Positions 55,351-64,000 of a stretch of 64,000 nt of DNA are shown piece after piece (position 1 is the first letter of the stretch; every line of letters starts with the position of its first letter). The stretch is from an uncultured Gammaproteobacteria bacterium. GTDB lineage: Bacteria > Pseudomonadota > Gammaproteobacteria > Arenicellales > JAANXG01. The stretch covers positions 146,199-210,198 of the forward strand of contig CAMYNL010000001.1 in the NCBI GenBank assembly GCA_947259705.1. Direction: 5' to 3'. Below the pieces are notes generated by a model that saw only the letters and a program-made list of their open reading frames with translations, was not told the origin of the DNA and did not search any database. The position numbers were made by a program, and so were the translations under genes.

Positions 55351-56691
55351 ATGTTTGACAAACTGGTGATCGCCAACCGCGGTGAAATTGCACTGCGTAT
55401 ACTGCGGGCATGCCGCGAACTCGGGGTGCGAACGGTGGCCGTGCACTCGGAGGCCGACCGCGACGCCAAGTACGTCAGGCTGGCCGATGAATCCGTATGC
55501 ATAGGGCCCGCAGCGGCGGCTGAGAGTTACCTAAATGTCCCGGCCGTGATTGCCGCCGCCGAGGTGACCGATGCGAGCGCCATCCATCCCGGTTACGGGT
55601 TCCTGGCGGAAAACGCGGATTTTGCGGAACGGGTGGAGCGAAGCGGATTCATCTTCGTGGGACCGCGGCCCGAGACAATTCGCTTGATGGGGGACAAGGT
55701 CTCAGCGATCCGGACCATGCGGGCGGCGGGCGTGCCGTGCGTGCCCGGCTCCGACGGCCCGCTAGATGACGACAGCGATCGCAGCCTGCGCATAGCCGAA
55801 AAAATCGGTTACCCCGTCATCATAAAGGCTGCAGGAGGCGGCGGTGGCAAGGGCATGCGCATCGTCCACACCGAGGCGGCGCTGCTGAACGCCATCGTCC
55901 TGACCCGTGCCGAGGCGCAAGCGGCGTTCGATAACGATGTAGTGTATATGGAGAAGTTCCTGGAACGTCCGCGCCATATCGAATTCCAGGTGCTGGCGGA
56001 CGAACATGGTGACGCCATCCACCTGGGCGATCGGGACTGCTCGATGCAGCGCCGTCACCAAAAGGTGGTGGAAGAGGCGCCGGCGCCGGGCATAACCGAC
56101 GCGCAGCGTCGCGAGCTCGGGGAGCGCTGCGCCGCGGCTTGCCGCGAGATCGGATATCGGGGTGCGGGGACCTTCGAGTTTCTCTATCAGGATGAGCGGT
56201 TTTTTTTCATCGAGATGAATACGCGGATCCAGGTGGAACATCCCGTGACCGAGTTGGTCACGGGCGTGGATCTCGTCAAGCAGCAGCTGTCCATCGCCGC
56301 CGGGTATCCACTGGGCCTCACGCAGGCGGATATAAAGCTTACCGGCAGCGCCATGGAATGCCGGATCAACGCTGAAGACCCTGACACTTTCATGCCCTCA
56401 CCAGGGCGCATAACCCAGTACCACCAGCCGGGCGGACCGGGCGTGCGAGTCGACTCGCACATCTACAGCGGCTATGTGGTGCCGCCCCATTACGACTCGA
56501 TGATTGCCAAGCTGATCACCTATGGGGGGTCCCGTGACGAAGCGATCGCAAGGATGCGCAATGCGTTGATGGAGATGGTGCTGGAAGGCATCAGGACCAA
56601 CATTCCGCTGCACCAGAAGATAATGAACGACCCCGATTTTCGCCGCGCCGATTTCTCCATCGATCACCTTGAGCAGCGGTTCACGGCCTGA
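55351..56691 (+). CDS. accC: Acetyl-CoA carboxylase biotin carboxylase
   Basis: [57 protein letters not shown]. Confidence 0.97.
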   Translation: MFDKLVIANRGEIALRILRACRELGVRTVAVHSEADRDAKYVRLADESVCIGPAAAAESYLNVPAVIAAAEVTDASAIHPGYGFLAENADFAERVERSGFIFVGPRPETIRLMGDKVSAIRTMRAAGVPCVPGSDGPLDDDSDRSLRIAEKIGYPVIIKAAGGGGGKGMRIVHTEAALLNAIVLTRAEAQAAFDNDVVYMEKFLERPRHIEFQVLADEHGDAIHLGDRDCSMQRRHQKVVEEAPAPGITDAQRRELGERCAAACREIGYRGAGTFEFLYQDERFFFIEMNTRIQVEHPVTELVTGVDLVKQQLSIAAGYPLGLTQADIKLTGSAMECRINAEDPDTFMPSPGRITQYHQPGGPGVRVDSHIYSGYVVPPHYDSMIAKLITYGGSRDEAIARMRNALMEMVLEGIRTNIPLHQKIMNDPDFRRADFSIDHLEQRFTA

Positions 56692-57573
56692 GTGAAGGGC
56701 GTGTCTTATCAACGACTCCGTTATCGAGCCGAGAGCGCTGTCGCCGAGCGCATCAGCGGGCTGCTCGAAAGCTGCGGCGCCATGGCAGTGACCATCGAGA
56801 ACGCCGGCGAAGACGCTTTCTACGAGGCCGCCCTTCCGCAGGCGCCGGCTTGGCAGAACCTTTTCGTCACTGGGCTGTTTACCGATAGCCATGCCGTCGC
56901 TTCGGTGGTTGACACTGTCAGGCAGGAGTTGGGACGAGAGATCGAGCACCGTATCGATGGCCTGGAAGATCGCGACTGGGAGCGTGCCTGGCTGGTCAAC
57001 TTCAGGCCGGTCGAGGTAGGAGCGGGTTTATGGGTGTGCCCCGGCCAAGAGCCGCCGCCTGATCCGCTGGCGACCAATATATTCATTGACCCCGGGCTGG
57101 CCTTCGGCTCCGGCACCCACGAGACGACCGCACTGTGTCTAAGTTGGCTTGCGCAGGCCGAGCTTGCGGGCCACCGGGTTTGTGACTACGGTTGTGGTTC
57201 CGGCATATTAGCGGTCGCCGCGCTGAAGCTGGGCGCCGGTTTCGCTTGGGGAGTCGATGTTGATCCCCTGGCGCTCACGGCCAGCACCGCCAACGCCGAA
57301 CGCAACGGCGTCGCTGCCCGTTATCGCGCCTGCCGACCCGACCAGCTGGGGCCCGATCTGCAGGCGAACCTGGTCTTGGCTAATATTCTGGCAGAGGTGA
57401 TTGTCGAACTCTCAGATCAACTGAGCGCCATGGTTACACCCGGCGGACACCTGCTCCTGACCGGCATATTGAACGCGCAGCAAGACCGGGTGGCGGCTCG
57501 ATTCAGTGGATCATTCGAACTGCAGCGCAGGTATAAAGGGGACTGGTGTCTGTTAATCGGTATCAAGCGGTAG
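56692..57573 (+). CDS. prmA: Ribosomal protein L11 methyltransferase
   Basis: DWERAW, DPGLAFGSGTHETT.LCL, DYGCGSGILA, ANILA. Follows accC. Confidence 0.93.
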   Translation: MKGVSYQRLRYRAESAVAERISGLLESCGAMAVTIENAGEDAFYEAALPQAPAWQNLFVTGLFTDSHAVASVVDTVRQELGREIEHRIDGLEDRDWERAWLVNFRPVEVGAGLWVCPGQEPPPDPLATNIFIDPGLAFGSGTHETTALCLSWLAQAELAGHRVCDYGCGSGILAVAALKLGAGFAWGVDVDPLALTASTANAERNGVAARYRACRPDQLGPDLQANLVLANILAEVIVELSDQLSAMVTPGGHLLLTGILNAQQDRVAARFSGSFELQRRYKGDWCLLIGIKR

Positions 57574-57576
57574 TAT

Positions 57577-59586
57577 ATGTATACGCAATGTCCTAAGTGC
57601 AACTCGATTTTCCGGATCACGGTGGGGCATCTCTCCGCGCGACACGGGCTGGCCCGCTGCGGTCAATGCCAGGAAGTATTCAATGCGTCCTGGAATCTGG
57701 TTGATTCGGTGCCCGCCGCGGGCGACGGTGAACAGGGACGGCCAACGCTTCCCGGCAATTCGGCCTCCGCGCCGACGCCGGTGAGTGCCGCGCACGCAGG
57801 TGCGCCCGCGGGCGGCGAGCAGGTGGAGCTGTTCGGCACAGAGACCGTGATCTCCGCCGCGCGCCCGGGACGGAAATCCCGTGTCAGAGGCGATGCTGCC
57901 CGCAGCGGGGCGGCACCTGCGGTGCCGTCCGCGATGCCGTTCTCGGTGGTCATGGACGACGATACGGAGACGCCCGATCACTCGCGTCAGGTCGACGCCG
58001 CCGCCGGTGAAGACGGCGAACAGTCCCCGCAACTCCCTTCGGATCGCACCGACTCCCCTGCCGCCACCTCGGTTGATGACAGGCCGACGGACGCAGATGG
58101 TGGCGTTCGAGCAGGGGTCGAGACGCAGCGGCCGGTGGCGAAGGACGACATGGACCTCGAGTCAATCGAACATGACGCGTCGCCGCAGGGGCCGATAACC
58201 GCCGAACCCGACGACCGGGCACCAGCCGGGGAGATAGCGCCGGCTGATGATGATCGTCTCGACACGACGGCGGGGCCGACTGAAGCGCGGGCGGGGGACG
58301 ATACATCGAAGGCCGAGGCCGACGGGGTTGGCATCGAACGGGAGGACGTCGAGTCGCCCCCGGCTGCGGACGTCGAGTGGGAAGCGCTGCCCTCAGAACA
58401 CATGCACGATGACGGGACGCAGCCCCCCCCGGATGCGGAGCCGGCGGCGGAGGATGCCGCGGAGCCGTCCCTGGCCGCGCTTTTCGCGGCGGCGGAAGAG
58501 CCGCTGCTGACCGCCGACGAGGCTCCGCCGAGCGGCGATGCCCCCGCTACGGAGCCAGCGATCCGTGATCTGTTCACCGCGAAGCACGAAACCCCCGCGC
58601 CGGAGCACGGCGGTGAATCGGATGCGGCTGAGGAGCTGTCCGAGCCGGAACAATCGCCACCGACTTCGACGGATGGCGAGGCCGCGAGCCCTGACCGGGC
58701 AGCGAGATCGTCGACGCCCTTTGACACGCCGGACGCGGAGGAAATAATCATCGAGGCGCCCCCTATGCTGTGGAACGCTTTCGACGACGATACGCCCAGC
58801 GTTCGGCACGACACCGATACAACGCGCGGGGAGCGCGGAGCCGGTTACGATGACCGCGGTGATCTGGCGGATACGGACGAATATCCGGCCGGTGCGGGCA
58901 GGCGTAGTCAAGCGGACTTCGAACCGGTCGCAGCGGCCTACACAGGCGGCGTCAGCGGGATCGGGACGCAGAGCCGCGACGGCTCGATGTCCGGACCGCC
59001 GCGTCCGAAACGGCGCTGGTGGCGCCGGAGTGAAACCCGGCAATCAAGCACACCGAGCCGGGGCACCAGGATACGCCAGTCCAAGGACATCAGGCTGGTG
59101 CACATCCCCCGGCCGCAGCCGCTGAAGACCGCAGCGTGGATTCTGGCCGCGTTCGTACTGGTGGGAGGTACCTTATGGCAGGCCAAGACTTACTACCTGG
59201 GCAGCCTGTCCCAGGTCTCGGCCTTGCGGCCCCACCTCGATTCGCTGTGCGATATTTTCTCCTGCAGCATTCCGCCCCGGCGTGCCTTCAATCTGATCGA
59301 CCTGGTTGGGACCAGTGTCAACACACATCCGGAAACACCCGGTGCACTTCGAGTTTCGGTGAACCTCGTCAACCGGGCGGACTTTGAGCAGGCGTACCCG
59401 CCGCTTGAGATTACATTGAGCGACAAGAACGGTCGTGTCGTTGGCAGACGTACATACCTTCCCGAGGAATACCTGGCCGATGGGGCAAGCCTGCTTGTTC
59501 CGAAGGTGGTCCAGGAAGTCGACCTCGATCTGGCGCAGCCATCGGAAAACGCTGTTGGCTACGAGATCCAACTGGTCGCACAGTGA
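57577..59586 (+). CDS. Zinc-ribbon (MJ0042-type) + long acidic linker + TM + DUF3426 protein
   Basis: TQCPKC...FRI...G.ARCGQC..VFNA; D/E/A/P-rich linker; TM near the C-terminus; LC...C..P, N.A.F.Q.YP.LE.TLSD..G..V.RR...P.EYL, AVGY. Lies between prmA and dusB. Confidence 0.88.
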   Translation: MYTQCPKCNSIFRITVGHLSARHGLARCGQCQEVFNASWNLVDSVPAAGDGEQGRPTLPGNSASAPTPVSAAHAGAPAGGEQVELFGTETVISAARPGRKSRVRGDAARSGAAPAVPSAMPFSVVMDDDTETPDHSRQVDAAAGEDGEQSPQLPSDRTDSPAATSVDDRPTDADGGVRAGVETQRPVAKDDMDLESIEHDASPQGPITAEPDDRAPAGEIAPADDDRLDTTAGPTEARAGDDTSKAEADGVGIEREDVESPPAADVEWEALPSEHMHDDGTQPPPDAEPAAEDAAEPSLAALFAAAEEPLLTADEAPPSGDAPATEPAIRDLFTAKHETPAPEHGGESDAAEELSEPEQSPPTSTDGEAASPDRAARSSTPFDTPDAEEIIIEAPPMLWNAFDDDTPSVRHDTDTTRGERGAGYDDRGDLADTDEYPAGAGRRSQADFEPVAAAYTGGVSGIGTQSRDGSMSGPPRPKRRWWRRSETRQSSTPSRGTRIRQSKDIRLVHIPRPQPLKTAAWILAAFVLVGGTLWQAKTYYLGSLSQVSALRPHLDSLCDIFSCSIPPRRAFNLIDLVGTSVNTHPETPGALRVSVNLVNRADFEQAYPPLEITLSDKNGRVVGRRTYLPEEYLADGASLLVPKVVQEVDLDLAQPSENAVGYEIQLVAQ

Positions 59587-59703
59587 CCTGCTCCTGCAAG
59601 GGGGCTTTCTCCTGATGTCAATATTTTTTTTGCTCCGTCGCGGGAGTATGATCTCTGGTCCGGTTGGCGTCGATAGTCAAAACTAGAAACTTCGAAACGC
59701 GGG

Positions 59704-60690
59704 ATGGAGATCGGGCCTTACCAACTTTCCAATAACGTAGTGCTAGCGCCGATGGCGGGGGTAACTGATCTGCCGTTTCGCCGTTTGTGCCGGCAATGGG
59801 GCGCCGGGCTCACGGTATCGGAGATGATATCGGCTGACGCGACGCTGCGCGATACGTCGAGAACGCGCCGCCGAATGAATCATGATTCGGAGCCGGCGCC
59901 GGTTACCGTGCAGATCGCGGGCGCGGATCCATCGATGCTGGCGGACGCGGCGCGCTACAACGTTGAATGCGGCGCGCACATCATCGACATCAACATGGGT
60001 TGCCCAGCCAAAAAAGTCTGCCGCAAGCGTGCCGGATCAGCGCTGTTGTCTGACGAGAAGCTGGTGGCCCGGATCTTTGAGGCAGTGGTTAGCGCGGTGC
60101 CGGTGCCGGTGACAATCAAGATCCGCACCGGTCCGCACCCCGGTCGGCGGAACGCCGTGGCAGTGGCCAGGTTGGCGGAGGCCGCCGGCATCCAGGCCAT
60201 CTCGGTACACGGACGAACCAGGGCGTGCGGGTTTCACGGGGCCGTTGAATACGACACCGTGCGGGAGGTGAAGCGATCCGTGGACGTCCCGGTGATTGTG
60301 AACGGTGACATTGACAGCCCGCACAAGGCGGCAGAGGCGCTGCAGTACACCGGGGCGGACGGGGTAATGATAGGGCGCGCAGCGCAAGGCCGCCCGTGGC
60401 TGCTGGGTCAGGTGGCGGCTTATCTGGAAACCGGCACCGTGCCTGCGGAGCCTGCTCGGGAGGCGCAGCGACGCGCGTTGCTGACGCATTTGGTTAACCT
60501 GTACGCTTTCTATGGTGAGCGACGAGGTGTGCGCATCGCGAGAAAACACATTCACTGGTATACGAAAACAATAAGCGAAGGGGAGAAATTGTGGCACTGC
60601 GTGAATCAAGTCGAGGATTCGAAGCAGCAGTACCGGCTGATGGCGGAGTACTTCCATCCGGCGCGACATATATATTTGCGGGCGGCATGA
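59704..60690 (+). CDS. dusB: tRNA-dihydrouridine synthase B
   Basis: LAPMAGVTD.PFR, QIAG, IDINMGCPAKKV, HGRTR, NGDI, MIGRAAQGRPW. Confidence 0.95.
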   Translation: MEIGPYQLSNNVVLAPMAGVTDLPFRRLCRQWGAGLTVSEMISADATLRDTSRTRRRMNHDSEPAPVTVQIAGADPSMLADAARYNVECGAHIIDINMGCPAKKVCRKRAGSALLSDEKLVARIFEAVVSAVPVPVTIKIRTGPHPGRRNAVAVARLAEAAGIQAISVHGRTRACGFHGAVEYDTVREVKRSVDVPVIVNGDIDSPHKAAEALQYTGADGVMIGRAAQGRPWLLGQVAAYLETGTVPAEPAREAQRRALLTHLVNLYAFYGERRGVRIARKHIHWYTKTISEGEKLWHCVNQVEDSKQQYRLMAEYFHPARHIYLRAA

Positions 60691-60929
60691 ACAGCAAGGG
60701 CGCGGATCTACTGAGTCAGTGCGTAAGCCGTTCCCTGAAACGGTATTTCAGGGACCTCAACGGAGAGGAGCCGGCCAACCTCTACAGCATGGTAATGCAC
60801 GAGATAGAAAAACCATTGCTTGAGGTGGTGATGCAGCAGGCGCAGAGCAATCAAACCCGGGCGGCCCAGATGCTGGGCATCAACCGCAACACGCTGCGCA
60901 AGAAGCTGAAACAATACCAGCTGGATTGA
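60687..60929 (+). CDS. fis: DNA-binding protein Fis
   Basis: [42 protein letters not shown] overlap with dusB. Confidence 0.95.
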   Translation: MNSKGADLLSQCVSRSLKRYFRDLNGEEPANLYSMVMHEIEKPLLEVVMQQAQSNQTRAAQMLGINRNTLRKKLKQYQLD

Positions 60930-60973
60930 TCGCGCCGCGCCGCGCGCTTGTCAACGCACACACACGGTGGTCT

Positions 60974-62542
60974 ATGTCTGACGTTACGCCCCTTAGGCGC
61001 GCCTTGATCAGCGTGTCCGATAAGACAGGTGTTGTCGATTTTGCCCGTACCCTGCAGAGGGCCGGGACCGAGATCCTGTCCACCGGCGGTACCGCGAACC
61101 TGCTCGCCGACAATGATATCCCGGTCAAGGAAGTCGCAGCCCATACTGGTTTCCCGGAGATGATGGATGGCCGCGTCAAGACGCTCCATCCGGTCATACA
61201 CGGCGGCATCCTGGGACGTCGCGGCCTTGACGAGGGGGTAATGCAGGAACATGGAATTGCGCCCATAGATCTGGTGGTGGTCAACCTCTATCCGTTCGAA
61301 CAGGCTGTATCGGATCCAACCTGCACGCTGAGCAAAGCGATAGAGAATATCGACATCGGCGGTCCGACCATGGTCCGTGCGGCGGCAAAGAACAGCGCCG
61401 CCGTCACCGTGGTGGTGGACAGCGAGGATTACGACACGGTGGCCGCGGAGCTGTCCGCGATGGGGGGAATAACCGCCACCACCCGATTTCGGTTGGCCGT
61501 CAAGGCGTTCGAGCACACCGCGCGTTACGAAGGCGCGATTGCCAACTATCTCGGACGCGTCAGGGATGGGGGGGAGATCACGGACTTTCCAAATACCATC
61601 AATCTGCAGTTTCATCAGGCCCAAGTGATGCGATACGGCGAGAACCCGCATCAAAAGGCCGCCTTCTATGTTGAGCGCTCACTGGAGGAACCGAGTGTGG
61701 CGACCGCGCGTCAGCTGCAAGGCAAGGAATTGTCTTTCAATAACATCGCGGACACCGATGCGGCACTCGAGTGCGTCAAGCAGTACGACGAAGCACCGGC
61801 CTGCGTCATCGTCAAGCATGCCAATCCGTGCGGTGTTGCACTCGACGACTCCCTGCCGGGCGCCTATGACCGCGCCTATGCCACTGACCCCGAGTCGGCG
61901 TTCGGGGGTGTCATCGCGGTCAACCGGGAACTCGATGAGCAGACCGCCCGGTTGATCGCGGAAAGGCAGTTCGTGGAGGTGATCGTCGCGCCCGCCGTCG
62001 GCACCGAGGCCGCTTCCATTATTGCGGCGAAGAAGAACGTACGACTGCTGGTATGCGGGTACTGGACTGCGGAACAGGCTTGGCGTCTGGATTTCAAGCG
62101 CGTGAAGGGGGGGCTGCTGGTCCAGGACGCGGATCTGGACCTTTACCGGGAGCTGAAAGTGGTAACGCGGCGGGAACCCACCGATGCGGAGAAGGAAGAC
62201 CTGCTGTTCAGCTGGCGGGTTGCGAAGTTCGTTAAGTCAAATGCCATTGTGTATGGTAAGGGGCGCATGACCATTGGTGTCGGGGCCGGGCAAATGAGTC
62301 GCGTGAACTCGGCGAGGATCGCCGGTATCAAGGCCGAGCATGCGGGACTGTCGGTGCGAGGGTCGGTCATGGCATCTGACGCATTTTTCCCCTTTCGTGA
62401 CGGCATTGATGCGGCCGCGGCGTCGGGCATCACCGCCGTGGTCCAGCCCGGCGGCTCGATACGAGACCAGGAGGTTATTGCCGCCGCCGACGAGCATGAC
62501 ATGGCAATGCTGTTTACCGGCATGCGCCATTTCCGGCACTGA
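60974..62542 (+). CDS. purH: Bifunctional AICAR transformylase/IMP cyclohydrolase
   Basis: [59 protein letters not shown]. Confidence 0.98.
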   Translation: MSDVTPLRRALISVSDKTGVVDFARTLQRAGTEILSTGGTANLLADNDIPVKEVAAHTGFPEMMDGRVKTLHPVIHGGILGRRGLDEGVMQEHGIAPIDLVVVNLYPFEQAVSDPTCTLSKAIENIDIGGPTMVRAAAKNSAAVTVVVDSEDYDTVAAELSAMGGITATTRFRLAVKAFEHTARYEGAIANYLGRVRDGGEITDFPNTINLQFHQAQVMRYGENPHQKAAFYVERSLEEPSVATARQLQGKELSFNNIADTDAALECVKQYDEAPACVIVKHANPCGVALDDSLPGAYDRAYATDPESAFGGVIAVNRELDEQTARLIAERQFVEVIVAPAVGTEAASIIAAKKNVRLLVCGYWTAEQAWRLDFKRVKGGLLVQDADLDLYRELKVVTRREPTDAEKEDLLFSWRVAKFVKSNAIVYGKGRMTIGVGAGQMSRVNSARIAGIKAEHAGLSVRGSVMASDAFFPFRDGIDAAAASGITAVVQPGGSIRDQEVIAAADEHDMAMLFTGMRHFRH

Positions 62543-62692
62543 TAAACCAGCCGCGGGGCCGGCAGCAGCGGGCATGTCCGCGCCGGGTCGCACCCTGCCC
62601 CTGGGCGGCGCCCGCGGGTCGCGGGCGAGGCCAAGACTTTTCCCGTCGACAAAGTTAAGATTGCGCTCCCGATTGTGACAATGGGCTTTTAG

Positions 62693-64000
62693 ATGCGGGT
62701 CCTGATGATAGGTAACGGTGGGCGGGAACATGCCCTGGCCTGGAAGGTGGCGGAATCTCTCGCCGTGGACGCGGTGTTCGTGGCGCCTGGAAATGCAGGT
62801 ACTGCCTCGGAACCCAAAGTGCAGAACGTCAATATCCCCATGGACAATACCGCGGCACTGGTCAAGTTCGCACTGGACAATGCTGTCGGGCTGGTCATTG
62901 TCGGTCCCGAGGCGCCGTTGGTGGCGGGGATCGTCAATGCCTTCGACGCCGCACGGGTGCCTTGCTTCGGGCCTTCCCGGGCGGCCGCCCGTCTCGAGGG
63001 GTCAAAATCGTATGCCAAGGACTTCCTTTCCCGTTATAACATTCCCACGGCGGCGTACAGAACTTTCACCGAGGTCGACGCGGCACGGGCCTACATCGAG
63101 GAACAGGGTGCGCCCATTGTGGTCAAGGCGGATGGCCTGGCGGCAGGCAAAGGCGTGACCGTAGCCGCGACGGTGGAGGAAGCACTTGCCGCTGTCGACG
63201 CGTGCCTGGCGCAGGATCGCTTCGGAGCGGCCGGCAGCATGGTGGTGGTGGAAGAATGCCTGCTCGGCGAAGAAGTCAGCTTCATCTGCATGGTGGACGG
63301 CGAGAACATACTCCCGCTGGCAAGTTCCCAGGACCATAAGGCCCGCGACAATGGGGACCTTGGCCCCAATACGGGCGGCATGGGCGCCTACTCGCCGGCC
63401 CCCGTCGTGAATGAGGCGCTGCATGACAGGATCATGAGCGAGGTGATGGGGCCCACAGTGCGCGGCCTGGTAGCGGACGGTAACCCATATACCGGGTTTC
63501 TCTACGCCGGACTGATGATCGACGCCTCGGGCGCCCCCAGAGTGCTGGAGTTCAATTGCCGCTTCGGTGACCCGGAAACCCAACCGATACTGATGCGTTT
63601 GCGGTCCGACCTGGTGGAGATTTGCCAGGCGGCACTGGACGAGAGCTTGCACAAGATCGAGGTCGAGTGGGACTCGCAAGCGGCCCTCGGCGTGGTGATG
63701 ACCGCCGGAGGTTATCCGGGCAAGTATCGTCTAGGCGACGAAATCACCGGCCTGGAGGAGGCAGATTCTGAATCGGTGAAGGTATTTCAGGCCGGAACGC
63801 GACGCGAGAACGGCAAGACGGTCACCGCCGGCGGGCGTGTCTTGTGCGTAACTGCTCTCGGCGAAACGGTTAAGCAGGCCCAGGAGCGCGCCTACGCTGT
63901 GGTCGGGAAGATCCACTGGCAGGATGCCTATTACCGCACTGACATAGGCTACCGTGCGGTAGCGCGCGAACGGGAGCTGGGCAACGAAACTCATGCCGAA
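62693..64000 (+). CDS. purD: Phosphoribosylamine-glycine ligase, stop codon beyond window edge
   Basis: Absent from the ORF track because it has no stop in the window. It reads MRVLMIGNGGREHALAW, APGNAG, VGPEAPL, VKADGLAAGKGV, GPNTGGMGAYSP, EFNCRFGDPE, YRTDIG. Confidence 0.96.
   Translation, partial: MRVLMIGNGGREHALAWKVAESLAVDAVFVAPGNAGTASEPKVQNVNIPMDNTAALVKFALDNAVGLVIVGPEAPLVAGIVNAFDAARVPCFGPSRAAARLEGSKSYAKDFLSRYNIPTAAYRTFTEVDAARAYIEEQGAPIVVKADGLAAGKGVTVAATVEEALAAVDACLAQDRFGAAGSMVVVEECLLGEEVSFICMVDGENILPLASSQDHKARDNGDLGPNTGGMGAYSPAPVVNEALHDRIMSEVMGPTVRGLVADGNPYTGFLYAGLMIDASGAPRVLEFNCRFGDPETQPILMRLRSDLVEICQAALDESLHKIEVEWDSQAALGVVMTAGGYPGKYRLGDEITGLEEADSESVKVFQAGTRRENGKTVTAGGRVLCVTALGETVKQAQERAYAVVGKIHWQDAYYRTDIGYRAVARERELGNETHAE

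Overview
A GC-rich gammaproteobacterial chromosome segment, made up mostly of core genes: uvrD; polA-engB-cytochrome c4; hemL-thiE-thiD-rubredoxin; rpmE-rho-trxA/rhlB; glnE-ilvE-waaF-waaC-waaG/P; groESL with a perfect CIRCE; and cutA-dsbD-tlpA-aroQ-accBC-prmA-DUF3426-dusB-fis-purH-purD. I saw no rRNA, tRNA, CRISPR array, integrase or transposase. The first ~14 kb is an accessory acyl-CoA/acetylation region. It holds phaC (partial), an orphan acyl-carrier protein, an internally deleted acetyl-CoA synthetase relic, a Pat-type acyl-CoA ligase/GNAT, an FNR-box-driven USP, a degenerate GGDEF protein, a split TRAP transporter, a second GNAT behind a PhaR-like operator, and an AcuC-type deacetylase. 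Four features stand out. (1) An 859-aa protein fuses a 7TM sensor, GAF-like domain, coiled coil, pseudo-receiver, catalytically dead sigma54-type AAA+ domain and Fis-type HTH. (2) An unannotated ~125-nt four-hairpin sRNA candidate with a sigmaE-type promoter and anti-Shine-Dalgarno loops lies between polA and engB. (3) The acsA relic has its two ends joined and remains an open, translationally coupled ORF. (4) WaaG and WaaP are fused. All calls come from reading motifs by eye; no database searches were run.
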